Origin: the human T2T-CHM13v2.0 reference genome, Homo sapiens
Length of the DNA stretch: 64,000 nucleotides
Assembly (NCBI RefSeq): GCF_009914755.1
Contig: NC_060930.1
Strand: one strand, 5' to 3'
The translations under genes and the position numbers were made by a program. Positions within the stretch are counted from its first letter, which is position 1. Every line of letters begins with the position of its first letter. This document shows, piece by piece, positions 57,690 to 64,000 of the stretch. Under the pieces are notes generated by a model. The model was not told the DNA's origin, searched no databases, and saw only the letters and a list, made by a program, of their open reading frames with translations.

Positions 57690-57930
57690 AATATCTGTGA
57701 ATACTTACTTTGTGCCAGATGTTATTCTGTGATTTCTACATCATTAACTTATCCAATCATCACATCGTCCTGTGAAGTAGGTATTATTATTAAGCTTGCT
57801 TCATAGATGGGAAGACAGAGGCATAGAGAGTGACTTGCTTAGTAAGTCACACAACAAGAAAGAATCAGTTGGCATTATGAGGAAGTTTGGCACCAGAGGC
57901 CATGTTTATAGCCGTTATACCATAGTGCTT
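57690..57930. mobile_element. MIR
   Basis: acttactttgtgccagatgtt...ctgtgaagtaggtattattatt...catagatgggaagacagaggcatagaga. Confidence 0.7.
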
Positions 57931-58484
57931 CTTTAGACAACTACAGATACCACATGTTTTATCATTTCATCGAATCCAGCTTCAAAGTCTATGTTGTTAC
58001 CATTCAAATTAATCTGTCACTTAAGCAATTGCTAATCATTTGAAGCCACCCTAGGTTTTCTATTCTCCTTTTTTTCCTCTCCCTCTGAGCTGTTTCATAT
58101 ATTTATTGATAGCTTTTTACGCAACAGGTCAAGAACAAGGACATAATGGGGTGATAATCTTTTAATTTCAAGTAGTTGATTTACAAGCCACTTGTAATTA
58201 ATTGGTAGAATGTCTGAAGCTGCCATCTTATGTGGCCAAAGACTTTGAATATGCACTTATCCATCTCTGCAGACTCATTTCAGTACAGCTTTCATATTTC
58301 TTGATTCTAGGTATTCTTTTCTTGCTCGCACACTGTTGTTTTCTTTAGTTCCGTTTTAACTCAGAGAACAGAAAGAAATTTTGAAGGTATTTTTACTCAT
58401 TGTAAAATATGTAGTTTATGTTAAGTTTGTGGCTCAGTAGCTTAATGTGATGTGAGGGTATGTTTTTTGTTTTGTTTTGTTTTT

Positions 58485-58793
58485 TTCTGGAGGAGATTGT
58501 AGAGAGTTTGTTTCATTTCTTCCTTAAATGTTTGACAGAATTCACCAGTGAAGTCATCTCATCTGATGCTTTAGGTTTTGGAAGGTTATTAATAATTGAC
58601 TCAATTTCTTTAATAGATACGGGCCTGTTTAGGTTATCTTTTTCTCCTTGTGTGAGTTTTGGTAGTCTGTGTCTTTCAGGGAATTGATCCATTTCATCTA
58701 AGTTATCAGATTTGTGGGCCTAGAGTTGTTAATATTCCTTCATTATCCTTTTAATGTACATGGGGTCAGTAGTAATGATTCCTCTTTCATTCT
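58485..58793 (-). mobile_element. L1M ORF2 fragment (antisense)
   Basis: tttcttccttaaatgtttgacagaattcaccagtgaag...tccatttcatctaagttatc; similar to 10165-10290. Confidence 0.75.
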
Positions 58794-59132
58794 GAAGGCA
58801 TTTTTTTTCATTGTTCTGAGACCTATCACATTATCCCACTGATAGACCCTTGCCATGGGTATATTATTGAAGTCATGGTAATTTAAGATAATTACTTACT
58901 CTGAGGCTTATAAAGTTGTTATTCCTAGACATATGAATATCAAATGGTACAATAGACCATTACCTAGAATGAAATCATGATCGTAAGAAGAAATCTCTCT
59001 TATTTCTATAACTTGTTCAGGCCCAGTTTTGTTTTTATAAGTGTTTTGAGCAACTGAACTGTCAATCCTCAACACAGGCAATTGATGGCATGGTGTTGTG
59101 GAAAAGTATTGGACAGAAGGCAAGAAAGTGAG

Positions 59133-59200
59133 GCATGCGTGTGGAAGTAGCACGCAGGCGCAGCGTGGCATGCCCTGCACGTGCCCTTAAAAAAAAAAAA
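59133..59200 (+). other. Short poly(A)-tailed retroposed insert of unknown source with a 16-bp TSD
   Basis: aaggcaagaaagtgag [56-nt GC-rich sequence] A12 / aaggcaagaaattgag. Confidence 0.75.
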
Positions 59201-59747
59201 GGCAAGAAATTGAGTAATGAGTCCTGTCTCCAACTGAGCCACTGATCTCTTCTGCCTTTAAAAATCAGAGTGAGACTCTGTCTCAAAAAAAAAAAGTCTA
59301 ATTTTATGGGAGGAAGCTGATGCTGATAGTTATCTACAGTGAAAAAAGTCAGTGCTCTAAAAATGTACTAATTTCTGCCTAGGTTTTTACCTCCCTCAAA
59401 GCTGTCGTGTGAATATTTTTGAGTATTCATTTCATGGTATTTCATAAACCTTAGCCTAACTGCTTATAATCTAATTGGAAATCTAAGTAAACCAACACAA
59501 AACAGTTCATGGACAGTTTGAAGCAAGTGCTAATGGAGTTTGTAAATGTTGAGCATTTACAACATTTACAAATGGAGCAGTAAATGTTGAGAATAAGCTA
59601 TTAGAATGGCATTAGTAGTGCAAGTTTTCCTAGATGAAGAAAGCCTCAAACCAGGCTTGAGTAAATGGCCATTATATATTGATAAGACTTTAAAGGGTGT
59701 CCTCTGTTTAAGCAATAGCATAAACAACACATTCAGAATGAACTGAA

Positions 59748-60490
<743 letters not shown>

Positions 60491-60645
60491 TTATGAATAT
60501 AGATCATTTTCTATCTTAATTGGTAATTTGATAGGTTCCTAAAGAGAAAAGAAGTTAGATATAAAGTTGAGTGAATATTTAGGGTATTTTTCCTAAATGA
60601 TTTTTACTGATAGAAATACTGTTTTTTGTTTGTTCTTTCATGCAG

Positions 60646-60707
60646 GTTTACATGTATTATTAAGCAAAAGTGAAGTGGCATATAAATTTCCAGAGCTCCT
60701 ACCTCTA
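60646..60707 (+). CDS. UBR2: UBR2 exon 16 (62 nt): LHVLLSKSEVAYKFPELLPL
   Basis: tgcag|GTTTA...CTA|gtaagt; frame continuity. Confidence 0.94.
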
Positions 60708-60782
60708 GTAAGTGGTGCTTACATTTAAAAGTGAATACTTATTTATTATGTTCTTTGTATTTGGAATCACTTTGAAACACAT

Positions 60783-61584
<802 letters not shown>

Positions 61585-61616
61585 CAAACATATCTTAAAA
61601 TAATTAAAATAAATAA

Positions 61617-61903
61617 GGCCAGGCACAGTGGCCCACACCTGTAATCGCAGCACTTTGGGAAGCTGAGGTGGGTGGATCACCTGAGGTCAGGAGTTCAAGA
61701 CCAACCTAGCCAACATGGCGAGTCCCCATCTCTACTAAAAATACAAAAATTGGCCAAGCGTGTTGGCTTATGCCTGTACTCCCAGCTACTCGGGAGGCTG
61801 AGGCAGGAGAATGGCTTGAACCTGGGAGGCCGAGATCGCACCACTGCACTAAAGCCTGGGTGACAGAGTGAGACTCTGTCTCAAAAAATAATAATAATAA
61901 TAA
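61617..61903 (+). mobile_element. Alu (S-like, internal deletion), (ATA)n tail
   Basis: Alu consensus. Confidence 0.9.
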
Positions 61904-62016
61904 TTTATATTGTGTTTTATAAAAGCATTTATCTCTATCGACCAAACTTCTTTTTAGAACTGATTTTATGTGTGTGTTTTTTTTGTTTTCTGTTTTTTTA
62001 TTTTTTGTATATATAG

Positions 62017-62127
62017 AGTGAACTTAGCCCACCCATGTTGATAGAACACCCTCTTAGATGTCTTGTTCTGTGTGCCCAAGTACATGCCGGAATGTGGAGA
62101 AGAAATGGGTTCTCTCTAGTAAACCAG
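62017..62127 (+). CDS. UBR2: UBR2 exon 17 (111 nt): [37 protein letters not shown]
   Basis: atatag|AGT...CAG|gtaagt; conserved [10 protein letters not shown] motif of the UBR1/2 family. Confidence 0.96.
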
Positions 62128-62850
62128 GTAAGTGTTTTCTAATTCTATGAAGAGTTTTCATTCCATTCTTGGCTTCTGTGAAGGTTGTAATTTTCAGTGG
62201 ACTTAGTCAGTGAAAGCTGAGTATCTATATTAAAATTGTTTGAAAAGATTAATGATAAAACAAAAAGTTTCTTAAAACTTTTATTCATAGTTTGTCAAGA
62301 AATAATGGAAAAAGTAGAAATGAACAACAGTGGTCATGACTTTTACTTGAAATAATTTTTTGGGACAAAGTTGGATATTAAAAAATAAAAACCCAGATTT
62401 TATCTATTTAAATCAAATTGAATTAAAAGATAAAAGGCCTTTTAATATAGCTGTAAAATTGAGGTTTTACTTTTTATAGACCTCACATAGGCTTGGAATG
62501 AATTTTTTTTTTTCCAAGATCAGACAAGATCTGGCACATTTGGGGTGGTATAGCCATAAACAGATTTTGTTTTTCTCCTGTGTTTGGTAGCTCCTAACCT
62601 TCCTGAGACCACAACCTTTTACTTTATTCAGAAACCCAGCAAGTTAGCTGCAAAATGTGAACCATATCATGACCACTGTAATGTGAAAATCTGTAATTAA
62701 TTAATCTTTACTAAGATAATGTTAATTGTTAGAGAAACCACATCACACACATGCACACATTCTTGTACAAACTTGTGCTTTTGGGGAAGGATTAGAGAGA
62801 GCCTGAGCCAATAAAAACTATTTACTCAATATAATTACTTTTTTTTTTAG

Positions 62851-62916
62851 ATTTATTACTACCATAATGTGAAATGCAGACGTGAGATGTTTGACAAGGA
62901 TGTAGTAATGCTTCAG
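62851..62916 (+). CDS. UBR2: UBR2 exon 18 (66 nt): IYYYHNVKCRREMFDKDVVMLQ
   Basis: ttttag|ATT...CAG|gtaatg; frame continuity. Confidence 0.95.
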
Positions 62917-62989
62917 GTAATGAATTAAAAGCATTGAACTTAAAGGTTGTGGGGAATCTTTGCTTCTTGTTATTTCCATAGAATTCAGT

Positions 62990-63725
62990 CACTTGTGATC
63001 ACTCCCAAATCTACAACTCCAGCCTAGCCCTGTCTCCTCAGCTCCAAACTCATATGGCTAACAGCCTTTAGATCATTTCCATCTATATTTCCTAGACACA
63101 CTTCATATTAAACGTATTCAGAATAACTCCTCATGTTTCCTCCATACCTTCTTCCTGTCTTCACTTCCCTACCTTGGTGAATTGTTCCACAGTCTACCTA
63201 GTTGCTAAAGTCATATACCTGAAAGCCATCCTTTCTTCATTGTCCTCTGGTTCTTTAACTAATGTACTAATGTTAAACCTCTTAGTTTAAACCCCTTAAA
63301 CTAATTTTCAGGACTGCGATACTTAACTGCATTGAAGTTCCCTGAATTTGCCATATTCTCATACATCTTAAACTCTGCGTATTTATTTCTTTTGCTCCCT
63401 AAGTTACCCACCCCTTCTTTTTCCATTTACGTAGCTAACTTATTTTCCTGCTTGTCTTTGTGTTTACTTTAGCATTACTTCCTCCAGGAAGCCTTCCCTG
63501 ACACACTAAAACTTGGCTACGTGTCCCTTTTGTGAGGACCCTAGCATGGTATTTAACCCTGCCGTAGCACTCACAACCCTGGACTGTGATTACTGTTTAC
63601 TCTTCAGCACCCTACCCCCACCCCACCAAACCATGGCAGTTATATCTTGTTTCTTTTTTTGTCCCTTTTGCCTTGCATAGTGCTTGTCACATAGTAGTTG
63701 TTCTCTGATACTGCTGAATGGATTT
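62990..63725. mobile_element. L2 remnant
   Basis: actcccaaatctacaactccagcc...cctccaggaagccttccctgac...gcatagtgcttgtcacatagtag...tgctgaatgga. Confidence 0.7.
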
Positions 63726-63747
63726 AGTCATTATAGAAAAATAAAGC

Positions 63748-64000
<253 letters not shown>

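Overview
Primate (almost certainly human) genomic DNA, AT-rich and very Alu-dense, lying entirely inside one + strand gene: the N-degron E3 ubiquitin ligase UBR2. I reconstructed 16 consecutive coding exon positions (numbered 3-18, about aa 113-699; numbering is from my recall of the protein). They have GT-AG boundaries and a continuous reading frame, and encode the C-terminal part of the UBR-box zinc finger, the ClpS-like N-domain and the following helical region. The most notable structure is a splicing cassette at 37.6-39.9 kb: two tandem-duplicated 99-nt exons (11a/11b) separated by only 70 nt, so sterically mutually exclusive, plus a candidate upstream poison exon and an Alu-derived alternative terminal exon behind a (TA)n tract. 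Other notable items: a near-perfect 56-bp L2-derived hairpin, a tailless 5S rRNA retropseudogene, a 56-nt CpG-rich poly(A)-tailed insert of unknown origin with a TSD, a ~220-bp direct duplication bracketing exon 10, a palindromic 28-bp minisatellite, a recursive-splice motif at exon 13 and a stop-free 333-nt exon 5-7 circle. Nearly all ORFs in the supplied track are Alu/L1/microsatellite artefacts. Repeat boundaries and subfamily names are by-eye estimates.
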